Below are positions 13,001-23,356 of a DNA stretch of 64,000 nt, in pieces (positions within the stretch are counted from its first letter, which is position 1; each line of letters opens with the position of its first letter). The stretch spans positions 4,079,897 through 4,143,896 of the forward strand of contig NW_003314265.1 of the NCBI RefSeq assembly GCF_000143415.4. Reading direction: 5' to 3'. This DNA comes from Selaginella moellendorffii. Its lineage: Eukaryota > Plantae > Lycopodiophyta. A program made the position numbers and the translations under genes. Below the pieces are notes generated by a model that worked only from the letters and a program-made list of their open reading frames with translations, did no database searches and was not told the DNA's origin.

Positions 13001-13370
13001 TCTGGGAAGCTATGTCAGGAAGCTCATCTTCTTCATTTTCGTCACTGGAGAGAATAATAACTTCATCCTTCACTCTTTGCACAGTTGGCTGTGAAACTGA
13101 TGCGCTCTCCTCTCCTCGCTTCGGAGATCCTGTAACTAGAATCTCTTGACCTGTACATCTATCAAGATCCCATTGAATCCCATTCTCTCCCACACCACTG
13201 TCGAGAAGAATGGATTTTTCTATCTGATTACCCTTATCACGACATACATTCTCCAAACTAATTGATCCTGGCTTCAGCTTGAATCTTCTGCAGAGGAAGT
13301 TCTCTCCTATAACACTCATAGAGAAAACAATTGGAGGCTCTTGATCGAACTTCAAATAGAATTCTCTCAT
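10007..13370 (-). CDS. Mutator(MULE)-like DDE transposase, ~1062 aa, with N-terminal GCM/WRKY-like zinc domain and C-terminal SWIM finger; exons 13370-12262, 12204-11896, 11832-11355, 11299-10007
   Basis: GT-AG introns join all four segments in frame with no stop. Motifs: WIHFDH (D1), GFMADAA (D2), CEFHW (CxxH), PTINLSESKH (E); SWIM YTVKICENPSCTCPDF...ACKHIYYI; Cys/His-rich DPHNW...CGGQLQC...CRKCG...HIGYHQH. The start codon is uncertain and an upstream exon is possible. Confidence 0.85.
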
Positions 13371-13860
13371 ATCTTCTCCTTGCTCGAGCACTTAGAAAAA
13401 AATTTGGGGAGAAACTGACAAGAAAGAACAAAGATATTCTTCTGTATTGTGAGCATTAATTAGCTATGTCCTTGCAAAGGACAAGTTAATTATTTTAACA
13501 AAATATACAACCGTTTAGAATCTAGAGAGATATGAGAATCTTAAAGAGCCGCCCATATTAATTGATAATTGATTGTGAGAGGAATAATAATGTTGAAATG
13601 AGTGGGTTATGAGTGAGAGGGATTGATTAATCATGAGAGTTGTAGCATTAATTGCTTGTTCTCCCTCTCATCTCCATGCTCTCTTCCCTTCACGTGACTG
13701 TTGATCGCGTCCGTTGATTTTTAGGGTTTTACGCCTAGGGTTTGAGATGCAAAGGGCGAAAGAAAGGCGCGCTTGAGCAGGGAAGGGCGAGAGAAAGGCG
13801 CTTCAATCAAGAAATGTGCTTCAAGACGCTCCTCAAACAAGGTATGCTTCCTTGAGAAGG

Positions 13861-14380
13861 TCGGTTCGCGTGCGAACCGACGTCTCCTCACTTTCTTTCT
13901 TCCATTAGAAGTTTCTATTTTCTCAACTTTTGTTTTCTCTTGAGGGATAGAGATGTCGGTTCTTGTGCGAACCGACATCTCCTAGCATTCTATTTCATTT
14001 TCTATTTAGCTTTTTGCCCATCTCTACCTCGTTTTTTTTTTTTTTTCCTTGTTGAAGGGGTGGGAAAGATCGGTTCGCGCGCGAACCGACGTCTCCCCAC
14101 CTTTATTTTTTCTAGAAGCGAGCTTTCTTGATTTTTTTCATGTTTCTAGTGGTGAGATTTCTATATTTTAGAAAACAGAGAGAGATTGAAATGTCGGTTC
14201 TTGTGCGAACCGACATCTTCAAGGTTTTTTTTTTTATTTCATTGACTTGATGGGGCATTTCATGTGAAAATTAGAGGGTGGAAGATGTCGGTTCTTGCGC
14301 GAACCGACCTCTCCCGTATTCTTGTTGTGTTTTTCCTTTTTCTTGAGAGGTAGGGTGAGGTCAGTTCTCGCGCGAACCAA
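13861..14380. repeat. Array of six palindromes YCGGTTC-N6-GAACCRAC between the two divergent genes
   Basis: Copies at ~13861, 13951 (AGATGTCGGTTC-TTGTGC-GAACCGACATCT, 12-bp perfect arms), 14070, 14191, 14283 and 14361. Confidence 0.9.
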
Positions 14381-14530
14381 CCTCTCCCAGTGACTTATGT
14401 TTTTTTCCTTTGCATTTCTTGTAGTTTACAATCTATTTTTCACATCTTTTACTTACAAACTTTTCTTGTGAGAGCAGATATAAATCAAGCTTGACTGCTT
14501 GAAACTTCCAAAAAGGGACTTGAACTTCAA

Positions 14531-17500
14531 ATGCCACAGGTTTGCTTTACATTACAAGTTAGATGTTTTAATAGTTTTGCTTTTTATTTTAGAGGAAGCG
14601 CCGAGGCCAACCTCAATGGTCTCGATCTCCAGGAAAAGGCAGCCGCCTTGATCGCTGTGGGCTTGGCCGATTGAGTGGAGATTCATCTCAAGTATCTAAT
14701 GAAGTTTCGGCTAGTCATGCTGGAGGCAACGATGAGTATAACAATGACGTGGATGTTGAGATGAACACTCAAATCGATGTTGGTGTTATTGAGGCTGTTG
14801 GTACTGGTGTTCCTGAGGCTACGGGTACTGGTGGTGGGGTACTTGCATCTGATGTTGGCGGTGGTGGGGGTGCTATGCCTTCGGTTGCTGAGGCTGCTCG
14901 CGGCCAGGTCAATGAACCAGCTGAGGACGTTATTGGTAGCGTTGTAGGTGGATCTACTACAGAGGCTACTGGGGGCATGGTAGCTGCTCCTACTGCTCCT
15001 CAGGCTGGTGGTGCAGGGGGAGCTAATGGTGGTGAGGGATTATGCATGCATGATTCTGACACCATCTTGAATGATCGTGTTCGGGACACAATTATCCAAG
15101 CTCAAGAACGGACAGTCAGTAAAGTGTTACAGGAAATGGCGTGGAATGGCCCTCATCGATTTCTAGTTCCTTTGTGCCGATTGGTTCAAAGCCATTGGGT
15201 GCGCTCAGCTTACGACCTCAACATGGCTATCTACAGCTCCTTTGCCGAGGTCGGGTTTGGGAGCACAGCTGGTACCTTCATCGTTTCACCAACTTTCCCT
15301 GGAACCGGCCGGACAGAGTCAGTGACTACTGAACTTGAGGAAAAATGGGATCCTATATGGCTGCGAAAGTCTCGTGAGTTTGATGGATTCTTAGGACAAC
15401 ATGTGGAGACAGCAGGGTTCATTGGAAAGCTCTTTTGGGTGATCGATGGAAACCATAGGTGGCTGGCATTTTGGAAGTGCATTCAAGAGAAGTTCCGAGA
15501 TGACGAAGAACGACACATTAGTGTTCCAGTCACACTTGTCGAACCAATGACTCGGGAGCACACTGTGAAGCTCAACATGGCATGCCATAAGATCAACATG
15601 TAAGAATTTATTTTTTGTAAACTTAGCTAATATCGTGTTTTTGCAGGCTAAACCAATTTGCGTTTCAAGCTCATACATTGGTACATGACATTGAGCACCT
15701 TCGGTTTATGGGCATGCTCTCGCTAGAGGAGGTCCAAATGTTGTACAATCGTGAGGTATTTGAAGCAATTCGAGTGAAGCTAGGAGCTAGGAAAGGCCAA
15801 GAATTGCAGACTTGGTACCAACTGCCACTTGATTTTCTAGTTGCTGTCTGGGCGAAGGTAAATTATTATTGAAGTATGTATCAACTTACATAATGTTTCT
15901 TGCAGCCCATAATCAAAGGAGAAAGAGCGTCATTCTTTAAAAATGCTCGAGGGGACGAGCAGCAGAAGGAGATGGAGTGGCATGCGATTGAGCAGCGAAT
16001 TTTGAATACGAAGAGAACAAAGGTGAAAAAGTTGCTCTCGATTGCAGACATACGACGCGGGCAGGAATGGCTTGATAGCATTGCCGAGATTTGTTCTCGC
16101 GTTCGTAAGTTCTTATAAAATTTGTGAAACATTTCATAACTCTTTGTGTGTGTAGGAACTGATAAAGCACCGGAGGAACTCATTTACAACATCTCTAAGA
16201 GTAAAATGTCCTTTGCTGAACAAAGTGTCTGCTTGGAACTTCTCAACACTTGGCTGCGAAATAACGAAAAACGCTGCGAGATAAGGATGGAGAAGGTGAT
16301 GAAGGAGAAGGCGTACATTTCTCAGAGTATTGCCGCTGGTGAGGAGATGCTACAAGTCTGGGATGAGAAGTTTCTTTCCAGCACCCGCACAGGTATCACT
16401 CTCGAAGAATATATTCGTGCTTGTCTTGCGGAGCTAGGGAATGGTTGGCTTCCACGTGGTGGGACGAGTTCGGCTGAGTTCAAGAACCAACCAGGACAAC
16501 CATTTCTTGCGAGGCGCATGGTTTACAGGTATTTTTTCAATTCTCATTTATATATTGGTATTTATATTTTTGTTTTACTTTGTAGATATTTAAAATATAG
16601 CCCCGGCGCACCGGTATACACAACCGGTGTTTTGCAGAAGCTCCTGACTAGAGGCAAGAAGCTTGGGATGTATGAGCCAGAGTTCTACTATCCTTGTACA
16701 CATGAGAGGGAGCTATGCCCGTGGTACCTTGAACTCGTGGAGCAGATGCCAACATCGGACTTCGAGCTAGATCTCTACCTTGAATGTCATCCAGGTTCAC
16801 TTGAAACTCAGCACTTAGCTAGGAAATATTAACCTTGAGTTATATTCTTATTTTCCAGAGGCTCTTTCTGACTGTGATAACGACATTGTTGAAGTTCAAC
16901 AACTAAACCTAGAAGTCAGCACTCAGGAAACCATGCCAAATCCAAATACTGTTGAACCAGAGGAAATTGTACAGGAAATTCCAGCACAAGAGATTCCAGT
17001 ACCTGCTCCTCTCAACCCCCGAAGGGGCCGTCATGAAACCTTTCATGAGAGTAAGGACTTTGATTTGGAACATTCTTTTATTCATTCTTGACTTCACTTT
17101 TTTTTTTATAGATGTTGCAGAGAGCAGCCATCAGTCTTTTCGGCGGACTAAGACATTCTTCCCATCCCTCCCTACGGCTACAGATGACGACCTAGAAGAG
17201 CTCTCCTCTGCAGCGATGCATAAACAGGTTAGTAAGCATGAATTTTATCTTCAACTTTTAGTTCTAATAATTGATTTTCAGGTTCGCCCTCTATCCCCAA
17301 CGGCCAGTGTTGGGGAAGTTGCTATTCTCATTGGGGATTACACACAGCTTTTAGATGCTACTAGTCGGGAGCTCTACATGCTTGATCGGTGGATCCATGG
17401 TTTGGGTCAGCTCACACCTTATGGGAAGATCGATTTCATCTTTTTTGATCTTCCCGATGGGATGGCACCACCACAGGGGGATACTCCGTCATGGAATGTG

Positions 17501-18380
17501 TTGCAGGCCCAACACATTTCCCAAGCCTTAAAGGTTGCGAGCAGCTTCATGACATACGAGGGTGTGGTTGTCATGATCCTTCCTCGCTCTCCAATGTGGG
17601 AAGGCCTTCTCGCACACTTGGCTGACAACGATGATGGATTTGTTGAGTTTTCATCTGGCTGCCTTCTTTCGAGTATGGCGGTGGACACAAAAGGCACTAG
17701 CAGGCAGACGCGAAAGGTGTGTGACTTCTTTATTTATAAATTAACTCTATTCTATTTTTTTTTTCCAGATTTATTCCTGGAACTACCATGCTCTATGCCA
17801 CATTGGGAACCGGCGTAATGCCACACGAGCTGACGAGCGTGCTGCTCTTGCTTTACCAGGATATGACAGCTCTACAGACATCATCCCAAATGTGATTGAC
17901 TCGGACGTTCTTCACCCAGCGTTCCCTGGTTATCGACATCGTTCGGTCACGGCCATGCAAATCTTGTTGGAGTTATTTTGTCCGCCAAAGGGGATTGTGC
18001 TTGATGCTACAGCAGGATTTGGATCAATGGTGCAGGCAGCAAAAGAGACAGGCCGAGCGGTTTTTGCACTTGAGAAGGAGGGTGCCTTTGAGGACATTCT
18101 TAGGAGATTTTGCGACAGGTGATGTTAGTGCTTGAAATAATCTATAATATTTATTCTCAAATGTTTCTATTTTATTAGGTCTACACTTATCACACACAGT
18201 GTTTCAGTCCACACGCTTGATCTTGATGATATGGATGATCATATGGACCAAAGTCAATTCCACTTACCTATTTATGCTGAGCGTATGGCACAACATTACA
18301 TACAACACGAGCCTATAGTGAAGGAGCATTCCACTATACCCATTTCTACTTTTCTGGATATGGAAGCAGAAGAAGATTGA
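14531..18380 (+). CDS. ParB/Srx-like domain fused to a beta-class amino-DNA-methyltransferase-like domain, ~1100 aa; exons 14531-14539, 14593-15599, 15647-15857, 15906-16104, 16156-16528, 16586-16794, 16859-17050, 17112-17227, 17282-17716, 17769-18118, 18179-18380
   Basis: Ten short GT-AG introns give one uninterrupted frame. N-terminal basic MPQRKRR; ParB-type FWVIDGNHRW (~15433-15462); motif IV-like IDFIFFDLPDG (~17429-17461) preceding motif I-like GIVLDATAGFGSMVQAAKETGRAVFALE (~17991-18074), which is the beta-class order. Confidence 0.82.
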
Positions 18381-18657
18381 ATATATTCTGATTTTAATAT
18401 AAATTATATTGTTTAATATATTATTTTCTTTTTTTGTAGACTAAAAGATTAGTTCATGTCGAACCAATAATCTACATGAGCTTATGGAATACCTTAAACA
18501 CCTAGATTTTATGTTAAAAATTCTTGGTTCGGGACGAACTAAGGTAGTGCCATTAAACTTTCGCTAGTTAGGGGATTGTATTGACTTCCTTTGACTTTCG
18601 TTGACTTTCATTGACTTGAGCTCAGCTCGTGAGCTCAGCTCAAAAACTACCCAGCCC

Positions 18658-19110
18658 CTCTTGGACTACTCTGCAATCCCAACATTGCTTCCAGTAAGCT
18701 CGAAACCATGTGATGTAGTCAGGAACAGACTTGTGAGCACCCTGCCGGAACGAAAAGAGGTCGACAAGTAACCAATTTGTGGGTTTTTCTTGAATAAAAC
18801 GTTCTCTGAAAGAAGCAAGTACTGTCTAGAAGTTTGTCCGGTCCTCTGGGAGGAGAGAATCTGCCCAAGTTGCTGCTTTGCCTTCAAGAGATTGCAAGAA
18901 GTTGCGGCACATATGATCATCATCGACGATCATGTTTATGGTGCAGTAGTAATCAAAGCGACTGATATGAGATTTTGGAGAGACTGTTCCAACACCTGAG
19001 AATGTTGGCAGATCACTCCCCTTCTACAGAACATGGAGCTGAGGTCGAGCTAAAGGTGGCTGCGCCATAGCTCGTAGATCTAAGTCACTAGAATCTGCCG
19101 AGGATGAAGA
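18658..19110 (-). pseudogene. gag: gag relic of element A
   Basis: LPTFSG...KSHISRFDYYC...MCRNFLQSLEGKAATWADSL...FRERF...RQG..SVPDY: retrotransposon gag signature, with stops. Confidence 0.8.
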
Positions 19111-20370
19111 GGACTCGGCCCGAGAAGGTGCAGTGTCGTACTGAAGCTGCCTTTGGATATTAGAAAGTTTACTTCGTACCTTAGGGCCTTGAGGTATGGT
19201 AAAAGGGTGCCAATTTGTCGCACGTCTAGTTTGTATCGGCATCAAATACCCTGAACACTGCAAATGCCCGGTCAAGGCAACTGGGTTGATAGGAGCAAGA
19301 AGACTGTAGGCTGGTGCTCAATTTGCTCAAAGTTGCCCAAAATGCCTATGACGAAGAGAAATAAGGGCTGAAAGGGAAGTAGATATAGGCCTCAAGCACC
19401 ATTGACCCGTAGGGTAACCACCGGAGTAGCCGCTGGAGTAGCCATTGGAGTAGCCGCTGGAGTGGCTGGTAACCGGTAACCCATAACCAGTAATCGAGGA
19501 CCTGTAACTTGTAACCGGTAACCCTTGCTCTCGCTCCTACCCCTGCGCCTATTCCAACACCAACTCCTATCCCTGTGCCTGTTCCTACCATCTTTATTCC
19601 GACGCCAACTCTTGTTCCTGCTCCTCCGGCTACCTGTTCCTTGAAGATTGCTTTGTTCCCAAGGAACTTCTAACAAAGTTTAGCCCAAAAGAGAAGGATG
19701 AGTCCTCTCGTCTCAATCCTTCCCCATTTTGACTGTTGGTGGACTTGTTGGAAAGAGCTCAACCTCGTCTACCTTCTATAGCAAGAATTTGGGAAGAAGC
19801 GGGCTTAATATTCCCTAAAATCCAAGAAGAGGTAGCCCGGAATGCCAATATTGTGAAAAAACATATGCATGTCACTGATGTAAATCGATATTAAGGTGCC
19901 ATTGGTATTTTTAGAAATCCTAGGACCAAGAGCACCTTTAGATTCAAACGGCATCCAAAACAAAGCCTGGAGGAGCACAAATTCCTGCTACAAAGATGAC
20001 CCAATCTAGTCGGAGAAGAAAACCCCTTTTGCATGCCACCAATTTGGCCAAATCTAGCCCCAAGAATCACCATCTCGTAGATCTAGGCCAGATCTACAAG
20101 CCCAAATGCATTACCTTGAGAAATTTGGCCGAGGATCCAGGCGAGAAAGTGAAAACCCCAAAATGTTCATCCCACTAAGCCAAGAAATGTTGTATCTCTT
20201 CAAATACTGCACAACTTGATGAGTGCAATACCTTGCTGGAGAGAGGAGCTCCAGACCTACCCAACACGCCCAAGATCAAATAAAACCACCACAAGATGAA
20301 CAAGGAATTTTTTCCCAAATCCTGCGGCCAAAAGAAAAGAGAGAAATGATGCTTCAGAAAGTGTTGCACG

Positions 20371-20387
20371 TCACGCCGGGTTCACCA
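20371..20387 (-). promoter_or_regulatory. PBS of element A, complementary to the tRNA-Trp 3' end
   Basis: TGGTGAACCCGGCGTGA two bases inside the LTR; plant tRNA-Trp ends ...TCACGTCGGGTTCACCA (recalled from memory, not looked up). Confidence 0.75.
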
Positions 20388-20576
20388 TTTGTTGGGGGAA
20401 GGAGGGGCACTTCCCCCAACGCTCTCTCAAACATGAGAAATGCTTCACTGCTCTCCACAAAATACCCCCCCTTGCCCTTGTGAGGAGGGTTTTATACAAG
20501 GAAGATGGGGAATATTTTGAGGACTAGAATATTCCCTCTCTCTCTCTCTCACTCTCTTGATGGCCACGCCTTAACA

Positions 20577-22890
20577 CATTCACGAGCATTTTGCTTGTTA
20601 GTCAATAATACTTTGTGTTCTTTGAGTTATCTTTAGTAAGTTGTTTGGCATACTATCTACCATATTTGATAGCTAACTTTATCATTGAGTTTACTTGATG
20701 ATATATTTGCTATTGAATTTTGTTTGATGGTGAATCCTATGTTTTCCAATGATAGTGATCTTGGTGGTTCCTATCCTATACTATTGGTTTATCAGATGAT
20801 AACTTACTTAAAATGCTTTTGTGTTCTAATCTAAGATTTATTCACTGATAATTAAGTCTCTAAGCTGTCATTGTCTTTGACTTTGATATTGTCCATCTAT
20901 TGATCTTTGAGTTTGGGCCAGTATAGGTAGACTTCGTGTGCATGGTGAAATCTCTAGTTATGGGGTAGCTACTGTCGACTGGTCATATCACCTACCTCTC
21001 TATTGATGTTCCTTATTCCATTAAAAGGGCGTGACTGTGTAAACAACTCTAACTGCCTGTTTACAGTAGTCTATCTAAACTTTACTGACGGGTTTAGTTT
21101 GTTTGCTCATGAGGGTTGGGGCCTCTGGCTTCTCTCTCTATGTCCCTACGGGCAGGGGCATATCACACTTTTGTAAGCTGGGTGACTCCCAAAGTAGCAA
21201 GGGTGGCTAACTCCATTGATCATTTCTGTAAGCAACCAAAGAGAACGACTTGAGAGACGGTCCATGGGGTTCAGATATAGAGGGAAAGGGCCCATGCACA
21301 AGAGTGCACCCCCTTTTCCAATCGGTTAAGGGTCTTGGGATATTTGGAGTTAAGCGTCCTTGGGTTTGAATAGTATTGGGCTGGGTGACCTCCCGGGAAG
21401 TCCCAACTCAGGAGCTTACAATTTCCTTATTAGCGACGGCCGGAAGGTGTCTGAGTTGGTAGTGCATCCGCGTTAGACAAAGAAGTTGCCTCCTAACTCA
21501 TTTAAGTTGGTGCATTTCTCACATAGCGTGAATACCATGAACTTTTTCTGGAGTTGTTTCCTTAGTGGTATTCTAAACTCGATGAGGACGTCGATCTTCC
21601 CTAGGGGGGGGAGAGTGTCACGAATGTGACTTCGGGTATCGAAAGTTACTTGTTGGCTAATCCTTACGGACACTCTTTCCTTACTGCCACGATGGTAGGA
21701 GGTCGGTATTGCTGGACCCTTTATCAGCCCCTCTTGTTCAAGTGTTAGTAAACTGGACTTTGCATCTGTACTTGGCCAGATGAGCATAAGGATGGAAATC
21801 CTAAGTGTCTATTCAGCCAAACATACTTGGCCCAGCTTTTTAGTTCTCTTTTACTCTGTCTTGCACTGGCTTGACAAGAACCCTCATTTATTGAGATTAG
21901 TCCCTCAATATTGCTGGATGATAGCTTACCGTGTCTGCCAAACACCCTCGCTATCATGCCCTTTGTGTTAGTCTCATTTCGGTCCCAAATGCTATTTATA
22001 AAAAGTGTCTAGATTTGCTCATTTGGCATATCTACGGAATGTAGAGATTGGCCTGAACACAATGGTGTTCGTCCCATGTCCAAATTCGCAATCTAGCTCC
22101 ATTCCATATTTAGTTAGTTTTGAGTTTATCCCAGAGACTAACTCCTGATACTAAGGGAGGCTTGGGGTGAAAGCCCAAAGCATGTGTTCCTCAAAAGAGG
22201 GGGGGGCTGTGGGGGATTCCAAATGTATAGTAGGGATAGCAGCTCAAGAATCAGGAACACTGAGCATAAAGCCAATGGGATCGACAATCCAAGTAGCCAT
22301 TGTGGGTAGGTTGGGCATGGCCGACCAACCTATGAGGATTCAATGATACCATTCAAGGATTCCAGATATAAATCAATGAGAATTGTAATTTCTTTAATAG
22401 AGGTATAGTCTAGCTTTCGCTTGCGTGCCTGTCCTTGTTCTGCGTCCGGCTTGGGTCTAAGTCCAAGTTCCACACCATGCTAACTGGTGAAGTAGCTATA
22501 TCCTTGCTTTAGGCCACCGATATACCAAAATAGCGCCAGACTCCATTTGGCTCTGTTTTGCATGCTGGTCCTAGCATTAGGATTTACGACTGTCCCAAGT
22601 CATTCTGTGCTCCTGTCCGTTCACTCCTGGGCTGAATGCTTAGGGGTTGTTCCATGCTCTAGTGCTATTGCTCCTTGGCTCCATGCTTGGGAGTTTGGCA
22701 CCGTTCCTTTGTTTAGTGGCCCAAAGCCCTAAACCTTAGGTTTTGCCTCACTGTCCTTTGGACACGTGGCATATGACACGTGGCATGTGTCACGTGGCAT
22801 AAAGAGGGTTTAGGTTCCCCTTCGTGGTGTTACCCTATGGTAAATCACAAAGGGTTTTTACCATAAAGGGTAAAAACCATGTGTGCTACA
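20577..22890 (+). mobile_element. 3' non-coding region, PPT and LTR (21616-22890) of an LTR element related to C; same family as 51604-54775
   Basis: PPT AGGGGGGGGAGAG followed by TGTCACG...GTGCTACA; colinear with 52709-54775. Confidence 0.85.
21227..21420 (+). mobile_element. Cassandra solo LTR containing a 5S rRNA-derived segment
   Basis: TGTA...TACA; perfect TSD ATTTC; contains AGTTAAGCG...TAGTA..GG.TGGGTGACCTCCCGGGAAGTCC (5S A/C boxes); the empty site is visible at ~53364. Confidence 0.92.
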
Positions 22891-23058
22891 ATCTTGTATT
22901 GCATCTTTTGTTTTTTACAATTAAAGGCTCGCAGCTCATGAACAACATCTTGAATGGTCCAAATCTCCACAATCAGCACTATCTTCGGCACCACCATCGA
23001 CAATAGGATTCCAGCGTTCAACTCGGTTGGCCATCGCAACCAACTCCTTTTATACCTA

Positions 23059-23356
23059 TGTTATGATCTGGCGCAAAAAGATAGAAATCTAGTCTCCCTA
23101 GACTAGACTACACCACCTCTTGAAGTTCCTCACCACCCAACCACCCCCAAACTACCTCAACCCCAGCTGCCCGAGAGCCTCCACTCCCCATCCATCATCC
23201 TATAGGTAAGAAAGTCCTCTTTTTGGAAGTTCCATTGCGCCACCGCTCCACTGTGAGCCCTAGGGTATGTTCTATCCCTTACCTAACATGCCTTAATATA
23301 CCCTTGAGCCTTCTTTTGACCGACATTGATCATATGGTCAAAGCTGGCACCTAACA
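23059..23356. mobile_element. Short LTR (TGTTATG...CCTAACA); inverted copy of 28738-28970
   Basis: Clear reverse-complement homology to 28738-28970; no TSD seen. Confidence 0.75.

Larger units (their letters stand above)
9825..18652. mobile_element. Complete 8828-bp TIR DNA transposon carrying a transposase gene and a ParB-methyltransferase gene
   Basis: Left TIR 9825-9863 GGGTAGGTTTTGAGCTCATGAGCTCACGAGCTGAGCTCA; right TIR 18617-18652, reverse complement GGGTAGTTTTTGAGCTGAGCTCACGAGCTGAGCTCA. TSD AGCCC at 9820-9824 and 18653-18657. Gypsy sequence on both flanks. Confidence 0.93.
5422..20576 (-). mobile_element. Tat-like non-chromoviral Ty3/Gypsy element A; degenerate, probably chimeric; hosts the TIR transposon
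   Basis: ~185-bp LTRs at 5422-5603 and 20390-20576; PBS 20371-20387; gag relic ~19110-18658; RT/RNase H/integrase relics 9819-7040. Flanks do not form a TSD. Confidence 0.85.

Noticed and set aside
13861-14380. CRISPR-like appearance of regularly spaced palindromes
   Set aside because: The repeats are variable, the spacers are long, irregular and T-rich, there are no cas genes, and the context is eukaryotic.
14531-18380. Bacterial or phage contamination as the source of the ParB-MTase
   Set aside because: It has ten spliceosomal introns, lies inside TIRs within a plant Gypsy element, and has a second decayed copy.
5422-20576. Element A as a single clean insertion datable from its LTR pair
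   Set aside because: The flanks ATATG and CATTC differ and the two LTRs carry different diagnostic variants.
21345-21405. 5S rRNA gene
   Set aside because: Only the internal A/C-box segment is present, inside a TG...CA LTR with a TSD; this is Cassandra.
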